NCBI GenBank assembly: GCA_963713045.1
Contig: CAVQKE010000003.1
Span: 768,001-832,000, forward strand
Direction of reading: 5' to 3'
Origin: an uncultured delta proteobacterium
Lineage (GTDB): Bacteria > Myxococcota > Myxococcia > Myxococcales > Myxococcaceae
DNA: 64,000 nt
A model generated the notes under the pieces. That model did no database searches, was not told where the DNA came from, and saw only the letters and a list, made by a program, of their open reading frames with translations. Position numbers and translations under genes: made by a program. The stretch's first letter is position 1, and each line of letters opens with the position of its first letter. Below are positions 41,361 to 53,958 of this stretch, piece by piece.

Positions 41361-43352
41361 ATGACGCCGCTCCCCACCTTTCTCAGCCTCGGCTTGACGC
41401 TGGCTCTCGGCCAGCTGCCAGCGGCGCCAGCGGCGCCCGCCGCCCCGGCACCGAAGCCGGCCGCGGCCAGCGCCGAGGCGAACGAGGACATGCGGCCCGC
41501 TGCGCCGGCCGACGCCGACGAGGGCGATGACAGCGAGAAAGCGTCGCCGGAATTGGAAGAGATGCGGGCGCTGGAGGATGCCACCATTGAAGCCCCGCGG
41601 CCGTCCCCGGCTGGCCTGCAGTCGGTGCTGCGCCTCGGAGCCTCCAGCCCGTTGCGCGCCCGGATTGACGACGTGGGGGACGGCTGGGCGGCCGATACCG
41701 TGGCCGGTCCGGAGCTGGGCCTGGTGACGGACATTGCGGCACTCGACCTCTCGCTGGTCACCGGCGGTTACGACATTCCACTGGAGATGCAGCCGCTGGT
41801 GGCCCAATACATCCGCTTCTTTCAAGGGCCGGGGCGCAAATGGTTCCGGGTGTGGATGTCGCGGAGCTCGCGCTACATCCCGATGATGGCCCCCGTGCTG
41901 GAGGCCTCCGGGCTACCCCGCGACACCGTCTACCTGGCGATGATTGAGAGTGGCTTTTCCCCCGACGCCTACTCCTGGGCGCGTGCCGCCGGTCCGTGGC
42001 AATTCATCACCGCGACCGCCCGACGCTTCGGCTTGCGCCAGGACTTCTGGGTGGACGAGCGGCGAGACCCAGTGAAAGCGACCCGGGCCGCCGGTCAGTA
42101 CCTTCGGGAGCTGTATCAGGCGTTGGGGACGTGGTACCTGGCGTGGGCCGGCTACAACGCCGGCGGCGAAAAGGTCCGCCGGCTGATGGAACGCCGCGGC
42201 ACGGATGACTTCTGGGAGCTCTCCGAGGGCCGCGGACTGGCCAAGGAGACGAAGCATTACGTCCCCAAACTCATCGCTTGCGCGCTGGTGGCCAAGCATC
42301 CCAAGGCCTTCGGCTTCACCGACGATGAATTCTCCTTTCAGCAGCCGCTCGCCTTCGAGGAGGTGACGGTGGCGGAGCCGACCGACCTGGAGGTGGTGGC
42401 CCGCGCCGCCGGCGTCTCGGTCGAGGAGATACGCTCTCTCAACCCTGAGCTCCGGCGCTGGTGCACCCCGCCGGCCACCCAGGAGCGCCCCTACGCCTTG
42501 CGCCTTCCAAGCGGGACACGGGACACCTTCCTCGCCAACCTCGCCAAGCTGTCGCCGCACGAACGTCTCACCTTCCACATCCACCGCGTGGTGCGTGGCG
42601 ACACGCTGAGCCGCATTGCCGTCACCTACCACTCAGCGCCGGAAGCAATTGCCCTCTTCAACCACCTGAAGAATGTCCGGACGCTGGCCGTCAACTCCGA
42701 ATTGGCCGTCCCGGTGCCGGCGGCCCGCGCCAACAGGCAGGGCGCACCGGCAGCGGACGCCTCCGGCACCGACCCGGCCACCGAGGCGCTGGTGGCGCGG
42801 GCTCGGGCCCGCGGCGTGACGGTGGCCCGGCCCGAGGAGGAAGTGCCCGCCGGGACGCAGACGCGGAGGTCACTGGCAGCCGGCGTGATGCGCACGGAAA
42901 CCGTCGACGGCAAGGTGCGGGTCAGCTACGGGGTGCAGGCGGGCGACTCGCTGTGGACCATCGCCAGCCACTTTGGCGTCACGGTGGAGGACTTGAAGCG
43001 GTGGAACCACTTCGGCTCTCTCGGCCGCCGCTCGCGGGGGCTTCAGATTGGCACCCTGGTGGAGGTGTGGCCGGCTGCCGGGGCAGCCCTCGACGCGCTG
43101 CCGCCCGCCGCTTCAGTGGTGGCCTTGGTGGCGCCCCCGCCAGCGGCTGCCAGCCCCGTCCCCACCGCGCCCCCTGCACCACCAGCAGTGGCCGGCCCGC
43201 GGCCCACCACCCACCAGCTCGCCACAGGCGAGACGTTGTGGAGCGTGGCCCAGCGGTATGGGCTTTCGGTGGAGAATTTGAAGCGCTGGAACCGCATCAC
43301 TCAGGCCCGAAGCCTGCGGGCCGGAACGCAGCTCAGCCTGGTCGCCCCCTAG
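41361..43352 (+). CDS. mltD: MltD-like lytic transglycosylase with LysM repeats
   Basis: YLAMIESGF, AAGPWQFI, VDERRDP, YNAG, ETKHYVPK; three clear LysM domains (GDTLSRIA, GDSLWTIA, GETLWSVA). Confidence 0.92.
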   Translation: MTPLPTFLSLGLTLALGQLPAAPAAPAAPAPKPAAASAEANEDMRPAAPADADEGDDSEKASPELEEMRALEDATIEAPRPSPAGLQSVLRLGASSPLRARIDDVGDGWAADTVAGPELGLVTDIAALDLSLVTGGYDIPLEMQPLVAQYIRFFQGPGRKWFRVWMSRSSRYIPMMAPVLEASGLPRDTVYLAMIESGFSPDAYSWARAAGPWQFITATARRFGLRQDFWVDERRDPVKATRAAGQYLRELYQALGTWYLAWAGYNAGGEKVRRLMERRGTDDFWELSEGRGLAKETKHYVPKLIACALVAKHPKAFGFTDDEFSFQQPLAFEEVTVAEPTDLEVVARAAGVSVEEIRSLNPELRRWCTPPATQERPYALRLPSGTRDTFLANLAKLSPHERLTFHIHRVVRGDTLSRIAVTYHSAPEAIALFNHLKNVRTLAVNSELAVPVPAARANRQGAPAADASGTDPATEALVARARARGVTVARPEEEVPAGTQTRRSLAAGVMRTETVDGKVRVSYGVQAGDSLWTIASHFGVTVEDLKRWNHFGSLGRRSRGLQIGTLVEVWPAAGAALDALPPAASVVALVAPPPAAASPVPTAPPAPPAVAGPRPTTHQLATGETLWSVAQRYGLSVENLKRWNRITQARSLRAGTQLSLVAP

Positions 43353-43366
43353 CAGCTGAACGGCAA

Positions 43367-43400
43367 CCACGCCTCCTCTTCCTCGGAAAAGGGGGCGTGG
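43367..43400 (+). terminator. GC-rich hairpin after mltD (no U-tract)
   Basis: CCACGCCTCCTCTTCC-TC-GGAAAAGGGGGCGTGG. Confidence 0.45.
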
Positions 43401-43476
43401 CAAATGCACCGACGTCCCCGCGCCGCCTGTCCCCTGCAAGACTTGCCCCTCGCTTGCCTGCCAAGAGTCCCCCTCC

Positions 43477-46221
43477 ATGACGCTGTCCCGCTGCTCGACG
43501 GTGCTGTTGGCTTTGCTTGTGTGCTGCGCCACCCCTTCGGCGCCGCCTTCGGCCCCGGCGGTACCTGCCCCGGCCGGCATCGTCGTCGCGCCGGACAGTG
43601 CCCCCCAGCCGCCCCAGGGCTTGCGGCTGCCGGCGACGCAGAAGGCACTGGCCCAAACGGTGGAGCTGACGCTCGCCCCGGCCTCCTCCAGCTTTGAAGG
43701 CACGACCGAGCTTCAAATGGAGCTCGCCTCGGCCACCGACGTGGTGTGGCTGAACGCGCGCCAGCTGACCGTCCACAAGGCGTCAGCCCGGGTTGGAGAG
43801 CAGGAGCTGCCGGCGAAAGTCTTCCTCTCACCGGAGCGCGTGGCGCTGCGCTTCGCCCATCCGCTGCCCGCGGGGCAGCTGACACTTCGGCTCGCCTTCA
43901 GTGGCCTGGTCTCCAGCACCGAGGACTCCGGTGTCTTCCACCAACAGGAGGGCGGCGATTGGTATCTCATGACGCAGTTTGAGGAGACGGACGCGCGGCG
44001 TGCCTTTCCCTGCATCGACGAGCCGACGGCGAAAATTCCGTGGGACCTCACCCTGCGCGTTCCACAGAAGCTCACCGTCGTCGCCAACACTCCGATTGCC
44101 TCCGAGGAGTCCGGCGGACCGGGGGTGAAGCGCGTGCACTTTCAGCGCACCAAGCCTCTCCCTTCCTACCTGGTGGCCTTCGCCGTCGGCCCTTATGACG
44201 TCGTCGACGCGCGTCCGGCAGGCCGCAACAAAGTGCCGATGCACATCTACGTGCCCCGCGGCCGCGGCGCGGAGGCGGCCTACGCGGCGCGCACCTCCCC
44301 CGAGCTGCTGGAGACGCTGGAGGCCTACTTCGGCATTCCCTACCCCTACGAGAAGCTCGACCTGTTGGCCATCCCACTGACCGTGCACTTTGGTGCCATG
44401 GAGAATGCGGGGCTGGTGACAGTCGCCAGCTACCGGCTGCTGGCTCGCAAGGAAAACCAGTCCCTGGTGTTCGAGCAGACGTGGGCCATCTACGCCGCTC
44501 ACGAATTCGCGCACCAGTGGTTTGGAGACCTGGTGACGATGGAGTGGTGGAACGACATTTGGCTCAACGAAGCCTTTGCCAGCTGGATGGAAAACAAAGC
44601 CGTGGATGCTTGGGCTCCAGGCTGGGGGATGAAGGTGGTGGAGGTGCAGGACCGCAGCCAAGCGGCCAACAGCGACACGCTGGTGACGGCCCGCAGCGTT
44701 CGCCAACCCGTTGAAAGCTACGACGACATCTCCAACGCCTTTGACGACATCACCTACCAAAAGGGCGCCTCCATCCTTCGGATGTTCGCGTCCTATCTCG
44801 GGCCAGAGAAATTTCGCCAAGGCGTCCAGCGCTATTTGACGGCGCACGCCGATGGCAACGCCACCGCGGCGGATTTCCTGGCCGCCATCTCCGAGGCCAG
44901 CGGGCAGGACGTGGGGTCAGCCTTCGAAAGCTTCCTCGACCAGTCGGGTGTGCCCGAGCTCACGGTGCAGCTGTCCTGCGCGAAGGGCAAGACGCCCGAG
45001 TTGCTGCTGGCGCAAAAGCGCCTACTTCCGGTGGGCACCAGCATCACCGGCGAGCGGCAGTGGCAAGTGCCGGTCTGCGCCCGGTGGTCCAGCGGCGGCA
45101 ACCAACAGCGGCGCGCCTGCACCCTTCTGACCTCCGCCACTTCCAGCCTCCCGCTTCGCGGAGGGCCCTGCCCGTCTTGGGTGCTGCCCAACGCCGGCTA
45201 CAACGGCTACTACCGGCTGCATTTGGAAGGGAACCTCCTCCACGCCCTGGTGACGCGTGGCCGGGCTTCGCTGTCCGCGGCTGAAACGGTGGGCCTCTTG
45301 GGCGACGTGAATGCCCTGGTGACCGCAGGACGCTTGCCGCAAAGCGAAGGGCTTCAACTCTCCAGCCACTTCGTGGACGAGGGAAACTGGCAGCTGGTGG
45401 AGGAGGCCATTCGTCTGGCCACTGTCCGGCCCGACTTCCTGGAGGGCGCCGCCGCCAAGGCCTACCCCGCCTGGGTGCGCCGTCACTTTGGTGCGCGGGC
45501 GCGTGCCCTCGGCCTGAAGCCGCGAGCTGGCGAGAGCGAAGACATCCGGCAGTTGCGGCCCCAGCTGGTGCGCTTCGTGGCACGGCTGGGCGAGGACCCC
45601 CTGCTCATCCGGGCGGCGCAGGCCTTGACGGCACAGTGGCTCCAGGACCCGACCTCGGTGGACCCGGAAATCCTCAACACCGCGCTGGTCATTGCCGGCA
45701 CCTTCGGAGATGCCGCGCTGCACAGCACGCTGGTGGAACGGCTGAAGACGAGTCCCGACCGGGCGACGCGGTACCGTCTGGTGCTTGCCCTGGGCGCCTT
45801 TCGGGACCCAGCGCTGGTTCAGGCCAACATGGCACTCATCGAAGCCGGGCCGGTCGACCCGCGCGAGCTGGTGGGCGGCTTCCATGGTCCGGTCGAGTGG
45901 GCCTCCTCGCATGAGCCTCTTGGGCTTCTCTCCCGCGCCGTGCTGTGGCCCCCCACGCGCCAAGTGGTCTTCCAGGCGGTCGCGGACCATTTCGAGAGCT
46001 TCGCCTCTCGGCTTCCGGAGCGCAGCGCCGGGAACCTCTTCTACGTGGGAAGTGCCTTCTGCGACGCAAGCCACCGGGCGGCGGTGGAAGCGGCATTCGC
46101 CCCGCGCGCCGAGAAGGCCATCGGCGGCAAACGCGAGCTGGCCCAGACGCTGGAAAGCATCGACCTGTGCATCGCCGACCGGGCGGTGCAGCTGCCCGCG
46201 CTCAGCGCCTACCTCCGCTAG
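43477..46221 (+). CDS. M1 family aminopeptidase with ERAP1-like C-domain, probable lipoprotein (copy 1)
   Basis: TQFE..DARRAFPC.DEP, GAMEN, HEFAHQWFG...WLNE, Y.KG; signal peptide ending in VCC. Confidence 0.95.
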   Translation: MTLSRCSTVLLALLVCCATPSAPPSAPAVPAPAGIVVAPDSAPQPPQGLRLPATQKALAQTVELTLAPASSSFEGTTELQMELASATDVVWLNARQLTVHKASARVGEQELPAKVFLSPERVALRFAHPLPAGQLTLRLAFSGLVSSTEDSGVFHQQEGGDWYLMTQFEETDARRAFPCIDEPTAKIPWDLTLRVPQKLTVVANTPIASEESGGPGVKRVHFQRTKPLPSYLVAFAVGPYDVVDARPAGRNKVPMHIYVPRGRGAEAAYAARTSPELLETLEAYFGIPYPYEKLDLLAIPLTVHFGAMENAGLVTVASYRLLARKENQSLVFEQTWAIYAAHEFAHQWFGDLVTMEWWNDIWLNEAFASWMENKAVDAWAPGWGMKVVEVQDRSQAANSDTLVTARSVRQPVESYDDISNAFDDITYQKGASILRMFASYLGPEKFRQGVQRYLTAHADGNATAADFLAAISEASGQDVGSAFESFLDQSGVPELTVQLSCAKGKTPELLLAQKRLLPVGTSITGERQWQVPVCARWSSGGNQQRRACTLLTSATSSLPLRGGPCPSWVLPNAGYNGYYRLHLEGNLLHALVTRGRASLSAAETVGLLGDVNALVTAGRLPQSEGLQLSSHFVDEGNWQLVEEAIRLATVRPDFLEGAAAKAYPAWVRRHFGARARALGLKPRAGESEDIRQLRPQLVRFVARLGEDPLLIRAAQALTAQWLQDPTSVDPEILNTALVIAGTFGDAALHSTLVERLKTSPDRATRYRLVLALGAFRDPALVQANMALIEAGPVDPRELVGGFHGPVEWASSHEPLGLLSRAVLWPPTRQVVFQAVADHFESFASRLPERSAGNLFYVGSAFCDASHRAAVEAAFAPRAEKAIGGKRELAQTLESIDLCIADRAVQLPALSAYLR

Positions 46222-46236
46222 GAGACCACCCCGCCC

Positions 46237-48915
46237 GTGCGCCACACACTGCTGCCGCTGCTGCTCCTGCTGCCGTGCTGCGCCACCTCCACCAAGCCGG
46301 AGGCGCCGGCGGCGCAGCCGCCACCCAGCCCGGCCGTCCTCGCCCCGGAGCCGCCGCCCGGGCTCCGGCTTCCCTCCACCCTCAAGCCACTTGCCCAGCG
46401 GGTGGAGCTCACCATCGTCCCGTCCGCGCCCACCTTCGAGGGCACCACCGAGCTGGAGGTGGAGCTGCTGACTTCCACCGACGTCCTGTGGCTCAACGCC
46501 AAGGGACTGACCGTCCAAAAGGCCTCGGTCCAGCTCGGGGCGCACGAGGCGAGTGCCCAAGTCTTCACCTCGCCGGAGCGCCTGGCGCTGCGTCTCCCCA
46601 GCGCTGTTGGGCCCGGACGGGCGACGCTGCGACTCAGCTTCGCCGGCGCGCTGTCCGAGACCGAGGTCGTTGGGCTGTTTCACCAGAAAGAGGGCGGCGA
46701 GTGGTACGCCATGTCCAAATTCGAAGCCACCGAAGCGCGGCGCGCCTTCCCGTGTGTGGACCAGCCCTCCGCCAAAATCCCTTGGGAGCTGACGCTCCGC
46801 GTCCCCAAGCAGCTCATCGCTGTCTCCAACACGCCGGTGGCGGCCGAAGAATCAGACGGCGAGAAGAAGCGTGTCCGCTTTGCGCAGACCAAGCCCCTGC
46901 CCTCCTACCTGGTGGCCTTCGGCGTCGGCCCGTACGACGTGGTCGAAGCCCGGCCAGCTGGGGTGAACCGCATCCCGATGCGGGTCTACGCCCTCAAGGG
47001 GCGTGGCGCAGAGGCGGCGTATGCGGTGCGTGTCTCTCCGGAGTTGTTGGAGACGCTGGAAGCCTACTTCGGCGTCCCTTTCCCCTACCCGAAGCTGGAC
47101 CTGCTGGCCATCCCCATCTCCTCCGGCGCGATGGAGAATGCGGGACTGGTGTCGGTCACGAGCAGCGCGCTGCTGGCCCGAAAGGAGAACGAGACGCTTC
47201 AGTTCCAACGGACGTGGGCCAGCGTGGGGGCGCACGAATTCGCGCACCAATGGTTTGGGGACTCGGTGACCCTGGCCTGGTGGGATGACCTCTGGCTCAA
47301 CGAGGCATTTGCCACCTGGATGGCTGCCAAGACGCTGGAGGCCTGGGCGCCGAGTTGGGGCACGGCTGTGGCCGACGTCCAGGACCGAAGCCGGGCCGCG
47401 CAGGCGGACACGCTGACGACGGCGCGAAGCATCCGTCAGCCGGTCCAGTCCTACGACGACATTGTCAACGCCTTCGACGCCATCACCTACGAGAAGGGCG
47501 CGGCCATCCTCAGGATGTTCGAAGCCTACCTGGGCCCGGAGAAATTCCGAGCGGGCGTGGAGCACTACCTGCGCGCCCACGCCAACGGCAACGCCACCGC
47601 CTCGGACTTCTTGGCCGCCATCTCCGAAGCCACCGGTCAGCAGGTGGCCCCCGCCTTCAATACCTTCCTCGACCAGTCGGGCGTCGCGGAAGTCAGCGTC
47701 TCCTTGGCCTGCAGCAAGGGCAAGACGGCTGACTTGCGGCTGACGCAGCAGCGCCTGCTCCCAGTCGGCAGCACTGGCGCGGGCGAGCGCCTCTGGCAGC
47801 TTCCAGTGTGCGCCCGCTGGCCAAGCGAGGGCCGAGACGGTCGGGCCTGCACCCTGATGACGTCCGCCGCCTCGACCCTCTCCCTGCCCGCGCCTCGCTG
47901 TCCGGCTTGGGTGCTGCCCAATGCTGGTTACGCCGGCTACTACCGCCTGGCCTTACCCGCCCCACTGCTTCAAGCGCTGACGACGCGCGGGCGCTCCGCA
48001 CTGAGCGAGGCTGAGACGGTGGGCCTCCTCGGCGACGTCGGTGCGTTGGTGTCCGCCGGACGTGCCCCCCAGGCGGTGGGGTTGGAGCTGTCGACACGGT
48101 TTGCCAGCGCGCCTCAACGCCGGGTGGTGGAGCAGGCGGTCGGCCTGGCCGCCGTCCGCCGGGACTTCCTTGAGGGAACCGCCGCCAGCGCCTACCCCGG
48201 GTGGGTGCGCAAGCAGTTTGGTGCGCGGGCACGGGCACTCGGTGTCACCGCCCGGCAGGGGGAAGATGAGGACACCCGGCTGCTGCGCCCGCAGCTGGTA
48301 GTTTTCGTCGCCGTCCGCGGTGAGGACCCTCCGCTGATTGCCGCAGCGCAGGCCCAGGCACAAGCTTGGTTGAAGGACAGCACTTCGGTCGACCCGGACA
48401 TGGTGGGCGCAGACCTCGCCATTGCCGGGGCCTTCGGGGACGCGAGCTTGCACGCCACCTTGGTCGAACGTCTCAAGGCAAGCCAGGACCGGGCCACTCG
48501 GGCACGGCTGGTCACTGCTCTCAGCAGCTTTCGCGACCCGGCCCTGGTCCGCGCCAATTTGGCGCTGCTGGAGAGCGCAGCCTTGGACTACCGCGAGCTC
48601 TTGCGACTGCTCCTGGGAGCGCTGCAGTGGCCGGCCACCCGCGAACTGGCCTTTCAAGAGGCCAGCCAGCACTTTGACCTCCTCGCCTCTCGGCTTCCGG
48701 AGCGGGCGGTGGCGTTTCTCTTTCACACCGGCCAGGCGTTCTGCGACGCCCAGCACCGCTCGGCGGTGGAGGCAGCTTTCGCCCCCCGGGCCGCGAAGGT
48801 GCTTGGCGGCCACCGCGAGCTGGCGCAGACGCTGGAGCACATCGAGCTGTGCATCGCCGAGCGAGCGGTCCAGGTGCCATCGGTCAGCGGTTACTTTCGC
48901 CAGCCCAAGCGCTGA
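46237..48915 (+). CDS. M1 family aminopeptidase, probable lipoprotein (copy 2)
   Basis: Same motifs (GAMEN, HEFAH, WLNE); colinear with copy 1; GGAG RBS. Confidence 0.95.
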   Translation: MRHTLLPLLLLLPCCATSTKPEAPAAQPPPSPAVLAPEPPPGLRLPSTLKPLAQRVELTIVPSAPTFEGTTELEVELLTSTDVLWLNAKGLTVQKASVQLGAHEASAQVFTSPERLALRLPSAVGPGRATLRLSFAGALSETEVVGLFHQKEGGEWYAMSKFEATEARRAFPCVDQPSAKIPWELTLRVPKQLIAVSNTPVAAEESDGEKKRVRFAQTKPLPSYLVAFGVGPYDVVEARPAGVNRIPMRVYALKGRGAEAAYAVRVSPELLETLEAYFGVPFPYPKLDLLAIPISSGAMENAGLVSVTSSALLARKENETLQFQRTWASVGAHEFAHQWFGDSVTLAWWDDLWLNEAFATWMAAKTLEAWAPSWGTAVADVQDRSRAAQADTLTTARSIRQPVQSYDDIVNAFDAITYEKGAAILRMFEAYLGPEKFRAGVEHYLRAHANGNATASDFLAAISEATGQQVAPAFNTFLDQSGVAEVSVSLACSKGKTADLRLTQQRLLPVGSTGAGERLWQLPVCARWPSEGRDGRACTLMTSAASTLSLPAPRCPAWVLPNAGYAGYYRLALPAPLLQALTTRGRSALSEAETVGLLGDVGALVSAGRAPQAVGLELSTRFASAPQRRVVEQAVGLAAVRRDFLEGTAASAYPGWVRKQFGARARALGVTARQGEDEDTRLLRPQLVVFVAVRGEDPPLIAAAQAQAQAWLKDSTSVDPDMVGADLAIAGAFGDASLHATLVERLKASQDRATRARLVTALSSFRDPALVRANLALLESAALDYRELLRLLLGALQWPATRELAFQEASQHFDLLASRLPERAVAFLFHTGQAFCDAQHRSAVEAAFAPRAAKVLGGHRELAQTLEHIELCIAERAVQVPSVSGYFRQPKR

Positions 48916-48927
48916 GGGCACCCTCTC

Positions 48928-50679
48928 CTACTGCTCTTCCAACAGCAGCTTGAGTTCGCGGATGCGCCGGGTGATGACGTCGCGTTCCATCGAGCGGTAA
49001 GCCTCGGGGAGCAGCTCGCGACTGGTACACTCCTGGACCGCCGCCAAGTTCTGCAGCTCGAGCTCCAGTGGGTAGCTGGGCGGGACGAAGTCGTTGACCA
49101 CCGCGCGGAGATCGGCCTCGGTCGGCTGTTCTCGCCCTTCATTGAGGGCAGCGAATTTGCTCCGCACCAGGATGGACTCGATGTCCGCGCCGGACAGCTG
49201 GGCCCCCTTGGGAAGCACCGCCGCGAAGGACGGCACGTCGAGGGTCATCTTCAGCTTCTTGGCCACCACCCGGTACAGCTCGTCCCGCTCGGCATCGGAC
49301 TGCGGATAGAAGAGGGCGACGTGTTCCTCGGCACGTCCCTGTCGCTTCAAGTCGATGGGCAGCAAATCCGGGCGGCAGGTGAGGAGAAACCAGACAATTT
49401 TCCCGCGGTATTCGGTGTTGCCCATGAAGGAGGCGATGGAGGCGAACACCCGGGACGAGGTGCCGGAGTCGCCAGAGGCATCGCGGTTGCCAAGGAAGGC
49501 GTCGGCCTCGTCAATCATCACCGCCACCGGCCAGAGCGCCTTCAGGAGGTTGAAGATTTTTTCGAGGTTGGCTTCGGTGACGCCCTGCCACTGGCTTCGG
49601 AAGTTGAGAAACTTCACGCAAGGGATGCCAATTTCCCCGGCGAAGCAGGTGGCGAGAAAGGTCTTCCCGGTGCCCACTGGGCCGGCCACCAAGTACCCCA
49701 TCGGCAGCACTTCCAGCCGGCCCTTTTTCAGTGCGTTGGCCGCCTGCCGCAGCATCTGCTTGGCCCGGGTGTGGCCGGCCACCGCGTCCAAGGCATGCGC
49801 CGGCTCGATGAATTCCAGAAGGCCGTGGCACTCCGCCTGAATAATCTCCTTCTTCTTGTCCTTGAGGAGCTCCTGGGTAATGCGAATCTGCCGCTCGGTG
49901 GCTTCGGTGAGGACCCGGTCGAGGTTGATGCGGGACAGCCCGGCCGTCGTCTTGGCCAGCGCGGCCAGGCCCACGTCGGACACCGAGGCCAGCTTGCGGC
50001 CTTCCAGCTTGGTTTGGACGAATTCCAACCGCTCCTCCTCGGTGGGCAAGGGCAACTCGATGCTGGCCACGTAGGGGTTGCGCGCCAGCCGGGGCGAAAT
50101 TTCCGCCAGGTTCTCCACCAGCAGCACCACCGAGAGGTCTCCGGCCAAGAATTGCGGGTCGCTGGCCCACTTCACCAGCGTCGCCAGGCTGAAGCGGTCC
50201 TCACTGGAGAGGGCGCCGATGTCAGCGCCCGGGGCGAGCGTCTCGGCAAAGTCGATGACCAGGGCCAGCGACTGGCCGTCCGCAAGGCGCATCCGCAGGT
50301 AATTCTCGACAATCTGCAGGGCCCGGCCCGGGTCCCGCGGCATCACCTTGGCGTAGTCGGTGCCGTACAGGGTGTCGTAGGCGGCCATCGCCCGGGCCAA
50401 GTCCTTCTGGGTGTCCGGCGACGCGGCCCGAATCCCACTCGACCGGTCATAGAAGAGGACGTGGTTTCGGCCGCCAAACAGCTCCTCGGCGAGGAAGGTT
50501 TTGAGAGGCCCGAAGGTCCGGCTCCCGTCCGCCGCCTGCAGCGGCTGCAGGTCCCGCACGCTGCCGTGCAGCAGGAAGGTGCTGACCGTCTTGGTGTAGT
50601 AGGCCTGCGCCAGTTTGCGCGCCCAGGCCGGCAGATGGTCCAGCGGGTCTGCCGACTCCGACTTCCGTGTCTGGGCCAA
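48928..50679 (-). CDS. AAA ATPase with a degenerate N-terminal and an active C-terminal AAA module
   Basis: GPVGTGKT, pore loop SQWQG.TE.NL, VMIDEAD, TCRPDLLPIDLKRQGR; TTG start with AAGGAGG RBS. Confidence 0.92.
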   Translation of the reverse strand: MAQTRKSESADPLDHLPAWARKLAQAYYTKTVSTFLLHGSVRDLQPLQAADGSRTFGPLKTFLAEELFGGRNHVLFYDRSSGIRAASPDTQKDLARAMAAYDTLYGTDYAKVMPRDPGRALQIVENYLRMRLADGQSLALVIDFAETLAPGADIGALSSEDRFSLATLVKWASDPQFLAGDLSVVLLVENLAEISPRLARNPYVASIELPLPTEEERLEFVQTKLEGRKLASVSDVGLAALAKTTAGLSRINLDRVLTEATERQIRITQELLKDKKKEIIQAECHGLLEFIEPAHALDAVAGHTRAKQMLRQAANALKKGRLEVLPMGYLVAGPVGTGKTFLATCFAGEIGIPCVKFLNFRSQWQGVTEANLEKIFNLLKALWPVAVMIDEADAFLGNRDASGDSGTSSRVFASIASFMGNTEYRGKIVWFLLTCRPDLLPIDLKRQGRAEEHVALFYPQSDAERDELYRVVAKKLKMTLDVPSFAAVLPKGAQLSGADIESILVRSKFAALNEGREQPTEADLRAVVNDFVPPSYPLELELQNLAAVQECTSRELLPEAYRSMERDVITRRIRELKLLLEEQ

Positions 50680-50734
50680 GTGGCCCTCCTTCCCTGCCGT
50701 CCTCCCCGCAACCCGCGGGGGGAGCGGGGTACAC

Positions 50735-53017
<2,283 letters not shown>

Positions 53018-53051
53018 CGACGGGGAGCTGGGAGTGGGCAGGGGACTCGCG

Positions 53052-53081
53052 ATGGTAGCGACGCGCCGGCAAGCCGGTCAA
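53052..53081 (-). promoter_or_regulatory. Putative sigma70 promoter for the kinase and AAA genes
   Basis: TTGACC-N18-TACCAT on the minus strand. Confidence 0.5.
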
Positions 53082-53102
53082 CGCGTGATGGCGGTGTCCA
53101 TC

Positions 53103-53888
53103 CTACTCGCCGGTGAAGTGCGGGGGGCGCTTTTCGAGAAAGGCGGTCACCCCTTCGGTGAAGTCCTGGGAGGCGAGCAGCCGGAGCTGTCCTCGCACCT
53201 CAGTCTCGAGTGCGGCGTCGAGGGAGCCCTCCAGCGCCGCGTAGACCGACTGCTTGACGGCCCGGTGGACCAAAGGCGGCCCGGCCGCCAGCGAGCGCAA
53301 GTAATCCATCGCCCCCGCCTCCAGCTGTGCCGCCGGAAACACCCGGTTGGCCAAGCCGATGGATTTGGCCTCGGCCGCGTCCACCATCTCCCCGGTCAAC
53401 ATCAGCTCCAGGGCGCGCCCCAGCCCCACCAGCCGCGGCAGCGCCCAGGTGGCCCCACCGTCGGGCATCAGCCCGCGCTTGACGAATATCTCTCCGAAGC
53501 GCGCCCGGTCAGACGCCAGCCGCAGGTCGCAGGCCAGCGCCAAGTCGCACCCAAACCCGGCCGCCGCGCCGTCCACCACCGCCACCGTCGGCAACGGGCA
53601 ATCGTGCAGGGCGCGGATGAGCCCCTGGAAGTGGGTCCGCATTCTCTGCTCGACGGTGCTTGGGTCGAGGCCTTCGGCCGCCGCCCACTTGAGGTCCAGC
53701 CCAGAGCAAAAGGCCCCACCGGCACCGCTGAGGGCCACCACCCGCGCCTTGGCCGCGGGCGCGGCCTCGACGGCTTCCCGCACCGCCTGGTTGACCGGGA
53801 CGGTGAGGGCGTTCTTCGTCTCCGGCCGGTTGAGGGTAATCCAGCGGATGGCAGCTTCGTCGCGAACCAGGACGTCAGAGGAGGCCAT
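53103..53888 (-). CDS. Enoyl-CoA hydratase/isomerase family protein (PaaG-like)
   Basis: ITLNRPE.KNAL, AFCSGLDL, AAGFGCDLALACD, GLMPDGG, EGVTAFLEKRPP.F.G. Confidence 0.94.
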   Translation of the reverse strand: MASSDVLVRDEAAIRWITLNRPETKNALTVPVNQAVREAVEAAPAAKARVVALSGAGGAFCSGLDLKWAAAEGLDPSTVEQRMRTHFQGLIRALHDCPLPTVAVVDGAAAGFGCDLALACDLRLASDRARFGEIFVKRGLMPDGGATWALPRLVGLGRALELMLTGEMVDAAEAKSIGLANRVFPAAQLEAGAMDYLRSLAAGPPLVHRAVKQSVYAALEGSLDAALETEVRGQLRLLASQDFTEGVTAFLEKRPPHFTGE

Positions 53889-53958
53889 AGAGGCCACCCA
53901 CTCTGGAGGGCCAAGGGCGGCCGGCGCAAGTGGCCACCCGGGCCCCAGGCTTTCCTGC

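Noticed and set aside
50702..50724. Hairpin CTCCCCGC-AACCC-GCGGGGGGAG between the kinase and AAA genes as a terminator or REP element
   Set aside because: No U-tract and no second copy noticed in the window
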